Assembly: GCA_963817615.1 (NCBI GenBank)
Contig: CAWFPH010000003.1
Coordinates: 1,904,856-1,968,855 of the forward strand
DNA: 64,000 bases
DNA from: an uncultured Gammaproteobacteria bacterium
GTDB taxonomy: Bacteria; Pseudomonadota; Gammaproteobacteria; Steroidobacterales; Rariloculaceae
Reading direction: 5' to 3'
Shown here: piece after piece, positions 1 through 10,019 of the stretch
Numbering within the stretch: position 1 is the first letter of the stretch
Layout of the letters: each line of letters opens with the position of its first letter
Notes under the pieces: generated by a model
Seen by the model: the letters and a program-made list of their open reading frames with translations, nothing else
The model's database searches: none
Told to the model about the DNA's origin: nothing
Translations under genes and position numbers: made by a program

Positions 1-1
1 G

Positions 2-745
2 TGGTGGGAAGAAAAAGGCGACGGCAAGCCGAGCATCGACTGGCTGGGCCGACCGTATCAGGCGAACAATGGGCCGGCGGCGCACCCGAACTCCCGCTTC
101 ACCGTGTCCGCGAAACAGAACCCCAGCTACTCGACGCTCGCCGAGGCGCCCGAAGGCGTGCCGATCTCGGCGCTCGTGTTCGGCGGCCGGCGGCGCGAGC
201 TCGCGCCGCTCGTCTACCAGGCGAAGGACTGGGCTCACGGTGTGCTGGTCGGTGCGAGCGTGGCGTCCGAGACGACCGCCGCGGCCACCGGCAAGGTGGG
301 CGTCGTCCGCCGCGACCCGATGGCCATGAAGCCGTTCTGCGGCTACAACTACGGCGACTATTGGGCTCACTGGCTCAGCTTCGCCGAGCGCTCCGACAAG
401 CTGCCGAAAATCTTCCACGTGAATTGGTTCCGCCGCGACTCCTCGGGCCGCTTCCTGTGGCCCGGCTTCGGCGAGAACCTGCGAGTGCTGCGCTGGATCA
501 TCGATCGCTGCGAGAACCGCGTGGGCGCGGTCGAGCTGCCGATCGGCTGCCTGCCGAGACCCGAGGACATCGATCTCGAGGGCGTCGACGTGTCGCAGGA
601 CACGCTCGAGCAACTGCTGGCGGTCGACCCGCAGCAGTGGCGCACGGAGATGCAGAGCATCGAGGAGTATTTCGCGGGTTTCGGCGAGCGGTTGCCGAGC
701 GGCCTGCGGAACGAGCACCAGAAGGTGGTTCAGGCGCTGTCGTGA
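2..745 (+). CDS. pckG: GTP-dependent phosphoenolpyruvate carboxykinase, C-terminal ~248 codons (5' end lies outside the window)
   Basis: Frame 2 is open from the window edge (WWEEKGDGKPSIDWLGRPY...). It continues NPSYSTLAEAPEGVPISALVFGGRR...KIFHVNWFRRD...WPGFGENLRVLRWI, the conserved C-terminal half of GTP-PEPCK. Stop at 743-745. Confidence 0.9.
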   Translation, partial: WWEEKGDGKPSIDWLGRPYQANNGPAAHPNSRFTVSAKQNPSYSTLAEAPEGVPISALVFGGRRRELAPLVYQAKDWAHGVLVGASVASETTAAATGKVGVVRRDPMAMKPFCGYNYGDYWAHWLSFAERSDKLPKIFHVNWFRRDSSGRFLWPGFGENLRVLRWIIDRCENRVGAVELPIGCLPRPEDIDLEGVDVSQDTLEQLLAVDPQQWRTEMQSIEEYFAGFGERLPSGLRNEHQKVVQALS

Positions 746-748
746 TTC

Positions 749-765
749 GCCGGCCCGCGGCCGGC
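749..765. terminator. GC hairpin between convergent pckG and cyclase genes (7-bp stem gccggcc/ggccggc, 3-nt loop), no U tract
   Basis: Read directly from the 38-nt convergent spacer. Function as a bidirectional terminator is inferred only. Confidence 0.3.
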
Positions 766-783
766 CGCGCGAGCTGAGCTGCG

Positions 784-1683
784 TCAGTCCTCGACCACGT
801 AGTGCACGGCGAGCGCCGTGCCGGGCTGGGCCACGCGGCCGAGCCCGATCACGCCCTCGCCGGTGAGCTGCGTGCTGTCGCGGCGCACGAAGATCTCCTC
901 GCCCGTATTGGTCTGCACGAACGTGCCGTTCGTGCTCTCGTCGACGAGCGTGAATTTGTCGCGGCTCGCTTCGATGCGCGCATGCACGCGCGAGATGAGA
1001 TTGCCCTTGACGACCACGTCGTTGTCCTCGGCGCGGCCGAGCGTGGCGCTCTTGCGGCCTTCCCCCACCGTTACCTCACGGCCCTGATAGCGGAGGCTCA
1101 GCCGCTTCGGCCGAGTCGTCTTGCGGCCGAGCCCGACGGTCGGCAGCATGCTCGTGGCCTCTTCCGGCTGCCAGATCACCTCGAACAGCACGACCTCGTC
1201 CGCTTTGCCGCGGACCGTGGCGATGTCGATCTGCCGCGCCGTGGACTGCCATTCCGGCGAGAGGCGCTCGACCGTCGACAGGGTCGTGATGATTTGCTTC
1301 GCCTTCGCTTGGCTGGTCATGCGGTTGGCCGTGTGGACGGCCGAACCGAAAATATCGCGCTGCTCCTGGACGACCGGACCGAAGTGGCAGCCGATCCTGA
1401 TCGCCACGTGGCCGTTGTCGTGCGCCAGCTCGGGGTCGGTGGAGATCTTCTCCTGCATGCGCTTGGCGGCATTCATGGCGGCGTCGGCCGTGGGGAAGGT
1501 GGCCATCACCTCGTCGCCCATGGTTTTGATCACGGTGCCGTCGTTCACCTCCGTGGCCTCGCGCATGATGTCGAGGCAACGGCCGACCATCTGGCGCGCT
1601 TTGACGTCGCCGAGCTGTTCGTAGAGCTGCGTGCTGCCCACCACGTCGGCGAACAGGATCGCAACCTCGATGTCCTTACCCAT
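784..1683 (-). CDS. Class III adenylate/guanylate cyclase domain fused to a C-terminal FHA domain
   Basis: 299-aa ORF with ATG at 1683 after GAAGG. The N-terminal cyclase core reads AILFADVVGSTQL...IKTMGDEVMATF...IRIGCHFGPVV. The C-terminal FHA-like segment reads LGRAEDNDVVV...ISRVHARIE...LVDESTNGTFV. Confidence 0.85.
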   Translation of the reverse strand: MGKDIEVAILFADVVGSTQLYEQLGDVKARQMVGRCLDIMREATEVNDGTVIKTMGDEVMATFPTADAAMNAAKRMQEKISTDPELAHDNGHVAIRIGCHFGPVVQEQRDIFGSAVHTANRMTSQAKAKQIITTLSTVERLSPEWQSTARQIDIATVRGKADEVVLFEVIWQPEEATSMLPTVGLGRKTTRPKRLSLRYQGREVTVGEGRKSATLGRAEDNDVVVKGNLISRVHARIEASRDKFTLVDESTNGTFVQTNTGEEIFVRRDSTQLTGEGVIGLGRVAQPGTALAVHYVVED

Positions 1684-1790
1684 GGCTGCCTTCTTGAGTG
1701 CGCACCGCAGGAGCCGGGGCGATTATACGCCATCGCCCTCGGCGGCGACGCTCGGTGCCGAAGCCTGCTTCGAGCGGAAGTCGAGTGGGA

Positions 1791-2576
1791 CTACTTCTCG
1801 GCGACGAGGTAAGCGATCCAGGCGAGGTCGGCTTCGCCGGTCGCATGCTCGGTGAACACACCGTTGCCGCCGCCGTCGCCGTCGTCGCCTTCCCAATACA
1901 CTCGAACCTTCGAGAAGCCCGCTTCCGTCAGCAGCTCGCGCAGCTCGGGCAGCGTCCAGAGCCGCCAATCGTAGGTGAACGCCTTCTTGATCTTCGAGCC
2001 GTCCGGAAACTTGAAATGGATGTGGCACAGCAGCCGACCCGTCACCGGCTCGAACTCGGCCTGGTCCCAGACGTAGGTGAAGCCGTCGATCTTCGTCTTC
2101 TCCTTCTGCAGCTCGCACGCCTCCGGGCCGCCGAACGAATCGAGAAAGAACAAGCCGTCCGGATTCAGAGCGCTACGCACGCGCTCGAAATACGCGCGCA
2201 TCTCCGCGCGCGTCTTGAAGCAGTAGTAGCTGAAGTTGAACGCGCCGACCACGTCCACGGTGTCGCTGACGACGTTGCGCACGTCGTCGTTGAGGAGCTT
2301 CACGCGCGCACGCGCGGCTTCCGGCAGCCGGGCGACGCGGTGGCGCCTGCCCCAGTCGAGCACGCTGGCATCGACGTCGACGCCGATGGCCGTTCGCGTC
2401 TCTCCCGTGCGCACCCATTCGCACGAGGCGCTCGCGGTGCCGCAAAAGTCTTCGCGGAAACTGATCGGGCTGCGGCCGCGCAGCGTGCGAAACGTGTCCT
2501 GCAGGAACTCGATCTCGACGTCGACCGCCTGCACGGACTGCTCGTACAGCTCGTGGATATCGGCGTGCTCGGCCAT
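1791..2576 (-). CDS. Class I SAM-dependent methyltransferase
   Basis: The ORF-track entry 1791..2747 runs into dusA. The internal ATG at 2576 (MAEHADIHELYEQS...) gives a 261-aa protein with a Rossmann MTase-like core (FREDFCGTA...VVGAFNFSYYCF). Confidence 0.75.
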   Translation of the reverse strand: MAEHADIHELYEQSVQAVDVEIEFLQDTFRTLRGRSPISFREDFCGTASASCEWVRTGETRTAIGVDVDASVLDWGRRHRVARLPEAARARVKLLNDDVRNVVSDTVDVVGAFNFSYYCFKTRAEMRAYFERVRSALNPDGLFFLDSFGGPEACELQKEKTKIDGFTYVWDQAEFEPVTGRLLCHIHFKFPDGSKIKKAFTYDWRLWTLPELRELLTEAGFSKVRVYWEGDDGDGGGNGVFTEHATGEADLAWIAYLVAEK

Positions 2577-2688
2577 CGTGCCGGATGATTTCTTCTTCGG
2601 ATTCGCTGCCACGCGCCACCTCGGACGAAGATCGACTGATTGCGACGCACGCATTGTAGCGGGATCGCCCCGCGATGCACGCCCGCGT

Positions 2689-3699
2689 TCAGGGATAGCT
2701 GAAGGCGCCCTCAGGTGCCGGCTCCGGCGACGGGCGCGGAGCCGCATCGAGCGCGGCGACGAGCGAGCGCAGCGCGCGCACGCCGGCCGTGCCGGGCTCG
2801 AGCTCGCCGAGCGCGCGCCGCCAGCGGCGGCCGCCGGCGCGCCCCGCCCGCATGCCCAGCAAATGGCGCGTCATGGACCGCAACGGCGTACCCGCTTCGA
2901 CCTCGCGCTCGACGTAGCGGCAATAGCGCTCGTAGAGCGTGCCGGCCGGCGGCGCCGCCCGCCCCGACAGGCGCGAGTCGAGCGCCGCGACCAGCCAGGG
3001 ATCTTCGTAGGCAACACGGCCGAGCATGACGCCGTCGACGCTCGCGAGGTGGTCGAGGCCTGCATCGAGCGAGCGCACGCCCCCGTTGAGCACGATCGTG
3101 AGCGTTGGGAAATCGGCCTTGAGCCGATAGACGCGAGCGTAGTCGAGCGGCGGAATCTCCCGATTCTGCTTCGGGCTCAAGCCGCTGAGCCATGCCTTTC
3201 GCGCATGAACGATCAACGTCCCGCAACCGGCCGCCGCGACGTGCTCGACGAATGCACACAGGAACTCGTAGCTGTCGTGGTCATCGACGCCGAGCCGCGT
3301 CTTGACGGTCACCGGGATCGCGACTGCTTGCCGCATCGCGGCCACGCAATCCGCGACGCGTTGCGGCTCGAGCATGAGCGCCGCCCCGAAGCAGCCCGCG
3401 CGCACGCGCTCGCTCGGACAGCCCACGTTGAGGTTGATCTCGTCGTATCCCGCGGCCTCGCCGAGCCGAGCGGCAGCCGCGAGCTCGTCCGGCTCCGACC
3501 CGCCGAGCTGCAGCGCAACGGGATGCTCGGCCGGGTCGAACTCGAGCAGGCGCGCCGTATCGCCGCGCAGCAACGCGCGTGCGGTCAGCATCTCCGTGTA
3601 CAGCCGCACGCCGGGCGCAAGCAACCGCAGCAGGAACCGGAAATGCCGGTCCGTGCGGTCCATCATCGGCGCGACGCAAAGCTCGTGGCTGCGGCTCAT
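2689..3699 (-). CDS. dusA: tRNA dihydrouridine(20/20a) synthase DusA
   Basis: 336-aa ORF with a DusA-type N terminus (ELCVAPMMDRTDRHFRFLLRLL) and Dus TIM-barrel motifs (NLNVGCPS, PVTVKTRLG). Confidence 0.9.
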   Translation of the reverse strand: MSRSHELCVAPMMDRTDRHFRFLLRLLAPGVRLYTEMLTARALLRGDTARLLEFDPAEHPVALQLGGSEPDELAAAARLGEAAGYDEINLNVGCPSERVRAGCFGAALMLEPQRVADCVAAMRQAVAIPVTVKTRLGVDDHDSYEFLCAFVEHVAAAGCGTLIVHARKAWLSGLSPKQNREIPPLDYARVYRLKADFPTLTIVLNGGVRSLDAGLDHLASVDGVMLGRVAYEDPWLVAALDSRLSGRAAPPAGTLYERYCRYVEREVEAGTPLRSMTRHLLGMRAGRAGGRRWRRALGELEPGTAGVRALRSLVAALDAAPRPSPEPAPEGAFSYP

Positions 3700-3755
3700 T
3701 CGAGGAGCCTCGAAAGGAGTCGGGGAAGGGCGAATGATACCAGGCTCGGCCCGCG

Positions 3756-6700
3756 TCAGGCGCGCAGCCGGCCGCGCGCGCCGCTTATGGGAAGCTCCGC
3801 GACGGACTGCGGCACGGCGACGAAGAAGCCTTGCGCGTAGGCCACGCCGAGCTCGCCCAAGCGGCGCATCGCATCGCGGCTCTCCACGCGCTCCGCAATC
3901 GCTTCGATGCCGAACGCCCGCGCCATTCGCGCGATCGCCTCGACGACGGCCTCGTCGGCGCGATCGCGCGTCACGTTGCGCACGAACTGCCCGTCGATCT
4001 TCACGTAGTCGACCGGCAGGTTCTTGAGGTACATGAGCGACGACAGTCCCGTGCCGAAGTCATCGAGCGAGAACCGGCAACCCCGCGCCTTGAGCGCGCG
4101 CATGAACGCGACGACCTGGCCGAGGTTCGCGATGGCGGCCGTCTCCGTGATCTCGAAGCAAAGCGCGCCGGCCGGCACGGCCGATCCGGCGAGCTCGTCG
4201 AGCACGAAGTCGAGGAACCGCGCGTCGTTCAAGGTCGTGCCGGACAAGTTCACCGCGAGCGTGTAGGGCTCGCTGCCCGGCTCGCCGCGGTAGACGAGCG
4301 TCTCGACGACGTGGCTCACGACCCAGCGGTCGATCGACGGCATCAGGTTGTAGCGCTCCGCGGCCGGGATGAACGCCGTCGGCGGCACGAGCTCGCCGCG
4401 CTCGTCGCGGAGCCTGAGCAGCAGCTCGTAGTGCGGCCAGCGCTGCCCCCTCTCACCGATCGGCACGATCGGCTGGAAGTGAAGCTCGAACCGCTCCTCC
4501 TCGAGCGCACGGTTGATCCGTGCGACCCACAGCATCTCCTGATGCCGCTCGGCCGCGTCGCCCTCCTCGTAGACGTGGATCCGGTTCCGGCCGAGGTCCT
4601 TCGCGACGTAACAGGCGACGTCGGCCGCGCTCATCAAAGCACCGACGCTTTCACTCGCGGCGTCGATCGGAACGACGCCGATGCTCACCCCGACTTGCAG
4701 GGCGCTGTCGCGCCATGCGAAGCGAAATCCGGCAATCGTCTCGCGCAGCTCCTCCGCGATCTCGAGGGCGCGCGGGAGCGCGCAATCGCAGAGCAGGACG
4801 GCGAACTCGTCGCCGCCGAGCCGCGCCAGCACGCCGCTCGCCGGCACCCGCTTGCGCAGCAAATCGCTGAGCTGACGGAGCAGCAGATCGCCGGCCGCAT
4901 GACCGCAGGTGTCGTTCACGACCTTGAATTGGTCGAGATCCATGTACAGAAGGCTGCTGGGCTGCCCGCCTTCTCGTTGCACCCCACGCAGCGCCGCCGA
5001 CAGGCGCTCCTCGAACTCCCGCCGGTTGATGAACCCCGTGAGCGAATCGTGGCTCGCGAAATACGCAAGCCGGCGATGCAGCTGGCGCTCCTGGCTCACG
5101 TCGTGGAAGACCATGACGGCGCCGATCACTCGGCCGTTGCGGTCGAGAATCGGCGCCGCGGAATCTTGAACGGCGATCGTCGTGCCGTCGCGGCTGCGCA
5201 GCACGGCGTTCCCGGCCAGCACGACGACCCGCTCCTCGCCCAGGCAGCGCAGAACCGGGTTGTCGATCGCGTCTCCGGTCACTTCGTCCGCGAGATCGAT
5301 GATGAGCTCGATCGGCCGACCCTCGGCCTCGCGGCGTTCCCAACCCGTGAGCTGCTCCGCCACCGGATTCAGGTAATCGACGACGCCGGTGGCGTCCGTC
5401 GTGATGACGGCATCGCCGATCGACTGGAGCGTGACTTGTGCGCGCTCCTTCTCGTTGAACAACGCTCGCTCGGCCGCCTTGCGCTGCGTCACGTCGGTGA
5501 TCGTGCCCTCGAAATACAGCACGCGATCGTTCGCGTCGACGACCGCGCGCGAGTTCTCGATCGCCACGATCGTGCGGCCGTCCGCCTTGCGCAGCTGATA
5601 TTCGAAGTTGCGCACCCGGCCTTGGCCTTCGAGCTCCGTCAACAGCCGCTCGCGCTCTTTGGGCTCGACGAAGAGCTCCGCCAAATTTTGCCGCATCAGC
5701 TCGGCCTCGCTGTCGTAGCCGAGGATGCGCACGAGCGCCGGATTCACCGACAGGAGCTCGCCGGCGCGCGTGGCCTGAAAAACGCCGTCGACGACGTTCT
5801 CGAACAGATCGCGGAAGCGTGCCTCGCTCACGCGCAGCGCCGTCTCGTCCTGCTTGCGGCGAATCGCGATTCCGGCGAGCTGCGTGAGCCGAGTGACGAG
5901 GTCGAGCTCCTCGGTGAGCGGCGCACGCGGCGAATCGAAGTACAACGCGAGCGTGCCGTGGAGACGGTCGCCCGCCGTCACGATCGGGGTCGAGCAGGCG
6001 GCCCGCAGACCACTCGCCGCGAGCAGTCCGCCGTGCTCCGAGCAGAGCGGGTCTGCCGCGACGTCGCGGACGACGATCTGACGGCCGAGCGATGCCGCTG
6101 CGCCGCAAGCCCCGGCGTTCGAGCCGAGCGGCAGCGTCGCGAGCGCGGCCGCGACGGCCTCCGGCAGTCCGCTGCGGGCCGCCAGCTCGAGCCGCGGACG
6201 CTCCGCGTCGAGCAGCATCACGGTCGCGCCGACTTGCGGATGCAGCTGCTCGACGAGGCGCACGACCGCCTGCAGCGTTCGCTCGAGTGGCGCGTTGCCG
6301 GCAATGAGCTCGAGCACACGCCGCTCTCCGTACGAGAGCGTATCGCCCCGGCGCCGCGCCGTGATATCGATGATGCTTGCACGGATCAGCCGCTGCCTCG
6401 AAGACGGCAGCCTGATGAATCGAACCTCGCAAGGGATCGCCGTGCCGTTCGTGTCGCGGTGCAGCCATTCGAACACCGGGCGGCCGCCGCTCAAGGCCCG
6501 CTCGACGTAGCTGCGCTGCAGGCCGTACGACGGCAGGCCATCGCTCTGCACGTCGGGGCTCAGCGTGCGAGGCGACACCGTGAGCAAAGCCTCACGCGTG
6601 AGCTTGAAGAGCTTCGCGGCGTTGTCGTTCGCGTCGACGAAGCGCTCCCGGTCGACGTCGAGCACGACGATCGCTTCGGCCGCGTTCTCCACGAGCGCGC

Positions 6701-7238
6701 GGTAGCGGGCCTCGCTGTCGCGCAGCGCCTGCTCGTCCTGCAAGCGCTCCGTGACGTCCCGCATGCAGAGCACGAAGTGTTGACCGCCGTCGTTCGACGT
6801 CTTGCTGACCGTAACCTCCGCCGTGAACGGCTGGCCGTCCGTGCGCCGCGACGCGAGCAGCTCGGGCGCAATGTCGACGAACGTGTCGGCGACGCGCTCC
6901 GCGAGCGCTTGGAGAGCCTCATCCGCCGGCGCCAGTGCGGGCACGAGCTCGGTGATCGGTCTCTGGACGAGCTCGATGGAATCCGGCGCACCGAAGAGCC
7001 GCGCCGCCGCGACGTTCGCCGCGAGGATCCAGCCGTCCCGGTCGGCCACGACGATCGCATCCTTCACGCTGTCCAGGATCTCGTGCAGCGGAGCATCGAC
7101 GGGAGGCGGCACCGGCGGCTCGGACGAGGCGCCGCAATGCCGCAGCACGTGGCGCAAGCGATCGCCGGCCGCGGGCCCCGACAGGGCTTCGGCAATCCTG
7201 CGTCTCAAGCGGTCCCTCGCCATCCCCAAGCCCGTCAC
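3756..7238 (-). CDS. Multi-sensor PAS/GAF - GGDEF - EAL protein (c-di-GMP cyclase/phosphodiesterase)
   Basis: Uninterrupted 1160-aa ORF with several PAS/PAC-like segments and a GAF-like segment. GGDEF motif LARLGGDEFAVLL; EAL-domain motifs ELHFQPIV and SLDDFGTGLSSL. The start may be GTG 7238 or ATG 7223. Confidence 0.9.
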   Translation of the reverse strand: MTGLGMARDRLRRRIAEALSGPAAGDRLRHVLRHCGASSEPPVPPPVDAPLHEILDSVKDAIVVADRDGWILAANVAAARLFGAPDSIELVQRPITELVPALAPADEALQALAERVADTFVDIAPELLASRRTDGQPFTAEVTVSKTSNDGGQHFVLCMRDVTERLQDEQALRDSEARYRALVENAAEAIVVLDVDRERFVDANDNAAKLFKLTREALLTVSPRTLSPDVQSDGLPSYGLQRSYVERALSGGRPVFEWLHRDTNGTAIPCEVRFIRLPSSRQRLIRASIIDITARRRGDTLSYGERRVLELIAGNAPLERTLQAVVRLVEQLHPQVGATVMLLDAERPRLELAARSGLPEAVAAALATLPLGSNAGACGAAASLGRQIVVRDVAADPLCSEHGGLLAASGLRAACSTPIVTAGDRLHGTLALYFDSPRAPLTEELDLVTRLTQLAGIAIRRKQDETALRVSEARFRDLFENVVDGVFQATRAGELLSVNPALVRILGYDSEAELMRQNLAELFVEPKERERLLTELEGQGRVRNFEYQLRKADGRTIVAIENSRAVVDANDRVLYFEGTITDVTQRKAAERALFNEKERAQVTLQSIGDAVITTDATGVVDYLNPVAEQLTGWERREAEGRPIELIIDLADEVTGDAIDNPVLRCLGEERVVVLAGNAVLRSRDGTTIAVQDSAAPILDRNGRVIGAVMVFHDVSQERQLHRRLAYFASHDSLTGFINRREFEERLSAALRGVQREGGQPSSLLYMDLDQFKVVNDTCGHAAGDLLLRQLSDLLRKRVPASGVLARLGGDEFAVLLCDCALPRALEIAEELRETIAGFRFAWRDSALQVGVSIGVVPIDAASESVGALMSAADVACYVAKDLGRNRIHVYEEGDAAERHQEMLWVARINRALEEERFELHFQPIVPIGERGQRWPHYELLLRLRDERGELVPPTAFIPAAERYNLMPSIDRWVVSHVVETLVYRGEPGSEPYTLAVNLSGTTLNDARFLDFVLDELAGSAVPAGALCFEITETAAIANLGQVVAFMRALKARGCRFSLDDFGTGLSSLMYLKNLPVDYVKIDGQFVRNVTRDRADEAVVEAIARMARAFGIEAIAERVESRDAMRRLGELGVAYAQGFFVAVPQSVAELPISGARGRLRA

Positions 7239-7522
7239 CCGGACGAATCCCCAGCCGAATTCGGCCGATCACTATATGAATCGCGCTTGAAACGTCACCG
7301 TGACTGCAGTCTCGTTTACGGGGTCGGCGATTCGCTCCGATTCCGGTGCGGGCCCAGGCCGGAGGCGCGCCAGCCCCGGGGAACTCCTGGAACGATCGGA
7401 GGCTCGGAGAAGAACTTGGATGGGGGAAAGCGCGTGCCACCGCAAACTGCGACCGGTATCCCGGTCCGCCAGCTCCGACCTGATACACTCCTCGGTTTCA
7501 TTATGTCACTCGAGTTAAGCGC

Positions 7523-8521
7523 ATGACGGGCAAGACAATTCTGGTAACTGGCGGCGCCGGCTACATCGGCTCGCACGTGGTGCGTCAGCTCGGCGAGGCC
7601 GGCGAGCAAGTCGTCGTGCTCGACGACCTGTCGACCGGCTTCAGGCAGGCCGTGCTGCACGGCGAGCTCGTCGTCGGCAACACGGGGGACGCGCGCTGCC
7701 TCGAGCAGGTGTTTCGACGCTTCGACGTGGACACGGTCATGCATTTCGCGGCTCACACGATCGTGCCGGAGTCCGTGGCGGACCCGCTCAAGTACTATCG
7801 CAACAACACGTGCGCGAGCCGCACGCTGCTCGAGCACGCGCTGAAAGCCGGCGTGCGTCACGTCGTGTTCTCGTCGACCGCCGCGGTCTACGGCATCCCG
7901 TCCGATGGCGTGGCGGCCGAAGACACGCCCACCGCGCCGATCAACGCTTACGGCACCTCGAAGCTCATGACGGAATGGATGCTGCGCGACGTCGCGGCCG
8001 TCAACCCGTTGACCTATGTTGCGCTGCGTTACTTCAATGTGGCCGGCTCGGACCCCGAAGGCCGCATCGGGCAAGCCACGCCGAAAGCCACGCTGTTGAC
8101 CAAGGTCGCCTGCGAGGTCGTAGTGGGCAAGCGCGACCACGTGTCGATCTTCGGCACCGACTATGCGACTCCGGATGGCACCGGCGTGCGCGACTACATC
8201 CACGTGGAGGACCTGGCGGACGCACATCTCAAGGCGCTCGCGTACTTGCGCCGCGGGGGCGATTCCACGACATTGAATTGCGGTTATGGGCGTGGCTACA
8301 GCGTGCGGGAGCTTCTGACCATGGTCGAGCAAGTCGCAGGCCATTCGATCGCCAAACGTGAGGCGCCGCGGCGCGCCGGCGACCCGCCGGTTCTAGTCGC
8401 ACGCGCCGATCGAATTCGCGACACGTTGCAATGGCAACCGCAGCACGACGATCTCGAGGAGATCGTCGCCAATTCCCTGAACTGGGAGCGCAAGCTCGCG
8501 GCCGGCATTTGGAGCGCGTGA
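7523..8521 (+). CDS. galE: UDP-glucose 4-epimerase
   Basis: 332 aa with TILVTGGAGYIGSHVV, a YGTSK catalytic motif and GalE-like sequence throughout. Confidence 0.9.
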   Translation: MTGKTILVTGGAGYIGSHVVRQLGEAGEQVVVLDDLSTGFRQAVLHGELVVGNTGDARCLEQVFRRFDVDTVMHFAAHTIVPESVADPLKYYRNNTCASRTLLEHALKAGVRHVVFSSTAAVYGIPSDGVAAEDTPTAPINAYGTSKLMTEWMLRDVAAVNPLTYVALRYFNVAGSDPEGRIGQATPKATLLTKVACEVVVGKRDHVSIFGTDYATPDGTGVRDYIHVEDLADAHLKALAYLRRGGDSTTLNCGYGRGYSVRELLTMVEQVAGHSIAKREAPRRAGDPPVLVARADRIRDTLQWQPQHDDLEEIVANSLNWERKLAAGIWSA

Positions 8522-8540
8522 ACAGCTTGAGCGTCGCGCA

Positions 8541-10019
8541 GTGAAAATCAGGCGGCCACGAACCCTATTGGGGTTGGTGTTGCTCGGCCTCGGCTTCGTC
8601 ACGCTGCCGCTGCTGATCGCGGTGGGCAATGCCGTGCTGAAGCTCGGCCAGCTCGCAACCCAAAGCGAGACGGTGCTCGGGGACAGTGCAACGGCGACGC
8701 TCGAGAATCAACGCTTGCAGAGCCTTCTCACGAGCATGGAGCGCAACTCCCTTCAGTATCTGCAGCTTCAGGGCACGGTGGCATCCGCCCCGGACCTGCT
8801 GACGCTCTACGACGGCGATCAAGCCGCGTTCGAGAAGAGTCTGCGCGCGCTGGCCGCGCTGCCGCACGATCCCGACATCAGCGACCAGTTGCGCAAGCTA
8901 GGCGCCATCTCGAAGGACATGCACGACTCGCTGCGTCACGGTCGGCCGAACGGCCTGCAGGACGAGATCACGGAGAGCTTCCGTGTGATGAACCTCACGG
9001 CGCGCGACGTGGCGACCGGAATGCGGGATTCGATCAACGAGCGTCTCAACACGCTGCAGGAAAACACCCGCAAAGCCCAGCAGGCTCTCGCGTGGCAATC
9101 GGCGGCGCTGATTCCCGGCACGTTCCTGCTCGTCATCTTGTTCCTGTTGCTCGTAGGGCGGCCCATCCGTCAGGTCGACCGCGCGATCCGCGAGCTCGGC
9201 GGCGGCGACTTCAGTCGCCCGATCACCGTCAGCGGGCCGAACGATATCGAAACGCTGGGCCGTCAGCTCGAGTGGCTGCGTCATCGATTGAAGGAGTCGA
9301 GCGACGAGAAGAACAAGTTCCTGCGCCACATGTCGCACGAGCTGAAGACGCCGCTCGCTAACATTCGTGAGGGCACCGAGCTGCTGCTCGACGGCTCGGT
9401 CGGCGCACTGGATCACCAGCAGCAGGAGGTGACGAGCATCCTGCGCGACAACGGCGTGAAACTGCAGAAATTGATCGAGAACCTGCTCACGTTCAGCGCG
9501 TGGCAAACGAATTCCGCATCGCTCGAGCTCACGGAGTTCGACCTCAAGCCGATGGTGTTCGGGGTGCTGAGCCAGCACCGCCTTGCGATCTCCAACAAGA
9601 AGATCAAGCTGAGGCTCAAAGTCAGCGCGATCAAGGTGCTCGCCGACGAGGGCAAGCTCAAGCTCGTGCTCGACAATCTGTTGTCGAACGCCATCAAGTT
9701 CACGCCCGACGGCGGCATGATCCACTTGGGCGCGGCCATGCAGGGCAACCAGCTCGTGATCGACGTCGCCGACAGCGGACCCGGCGTGCATCCCGAGGAC
9801 GGCGAGCGGATTTTCGAGGCGTTCTATCAAGGCCGGCGGCCGCAAGGCGGACCGGTGGGAGGCACCGGGATCGGATTGTCGGTGGTGGCCGAGTGCGTGC
9901 AGGCGCATGGCGGCTCCGTGCAGATGGCTCGGGGCGATCTCCCGGGCGCTCACTTTCGGGTGAGTCTGCCGCTGCGCCGCGCGAGCGACAGGCGGGTGCT
10001 GGCGGTGGCCAATGGCTAA
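8541..10019 (+). CDS. glrK: Two-component sensor histidine kinase, GlrK/QseE-like (2 TM, HAMP, HisKA, HATPase_c)
   Basis: 492 aa, GTG start. H-box FLRHMSHELKTPL, plus N/G boxes (LLSNAIKFTP, DSGPGV, GTGIGLSVV). The gene order HK-lipoprotein-sigma54 RR matches glrK-yfhG-glrR. Confidence 0.75.
   Translation: MKIRRPRTLLGLVLLGLGFVTLPLLIAVGNAVLKLGQLATQSETVLGDSATATLENQRLQSLLTSMERNSLQYLQLQGTVASAPDLLTLYDGDQAAFEKSLRALAALPHDPDISDQLRKLGAISKDMHDSLRHGRPNGLQDEITESFRVMNLTARDVATGMRDSINERLNTLQENTRKAQQALAWQSAALIPGTFLLVILFLLLVGRPIRQVDRAIRELGGGDFSRPITVSGPNDIETLGRQLEWLRHRLKESSDEKNKFLRHMSHELKTPLANIREGTELLLDGSVGALDHQQQEVTSILRDNGVKLQKLIENLLTFSAWQTNSASLELTEFDLKPMVFGVLSQHRLAISNKKIKLRLKVSAIKVLADEGKLKLVLDNLLSNAIKFTPDGGMIHLGAAMQGNQLVIDVADSGPGVHPEDGERIFEAFYQGRRPQGGPVGGTGIGLSVVAECVQAHGGSVQMARGDLPGAHFRVSLPLRRASDRRVLAVANG

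Noticed and set aside
7425-7445. Sigma54-like promoter (TGGCACGCGCTTTCC on the minus strand) upstream of the PAS-GGDEF-EAL gene
   Set aside because: The -12 element lacks the essential GC dinucleotide at the right spacing (TTCC instead of TTGC). A second TGGCAC at 16868 lies inside gltX. Neither is convincing.
3831-7526. 1231-aa plus-strand ORF antisense to the GGDEF/EAL gene (and similar ORFs 4651..6468, 8898..10535 and 9700..10716)
   Set aside because: These are typical long antisense or off-frame ORFs of high-GC DNA. Their translations are Arg/Ala/Pro-rich with no domain-like motifs, whereas the opposite-strand genes have clear family signatures.
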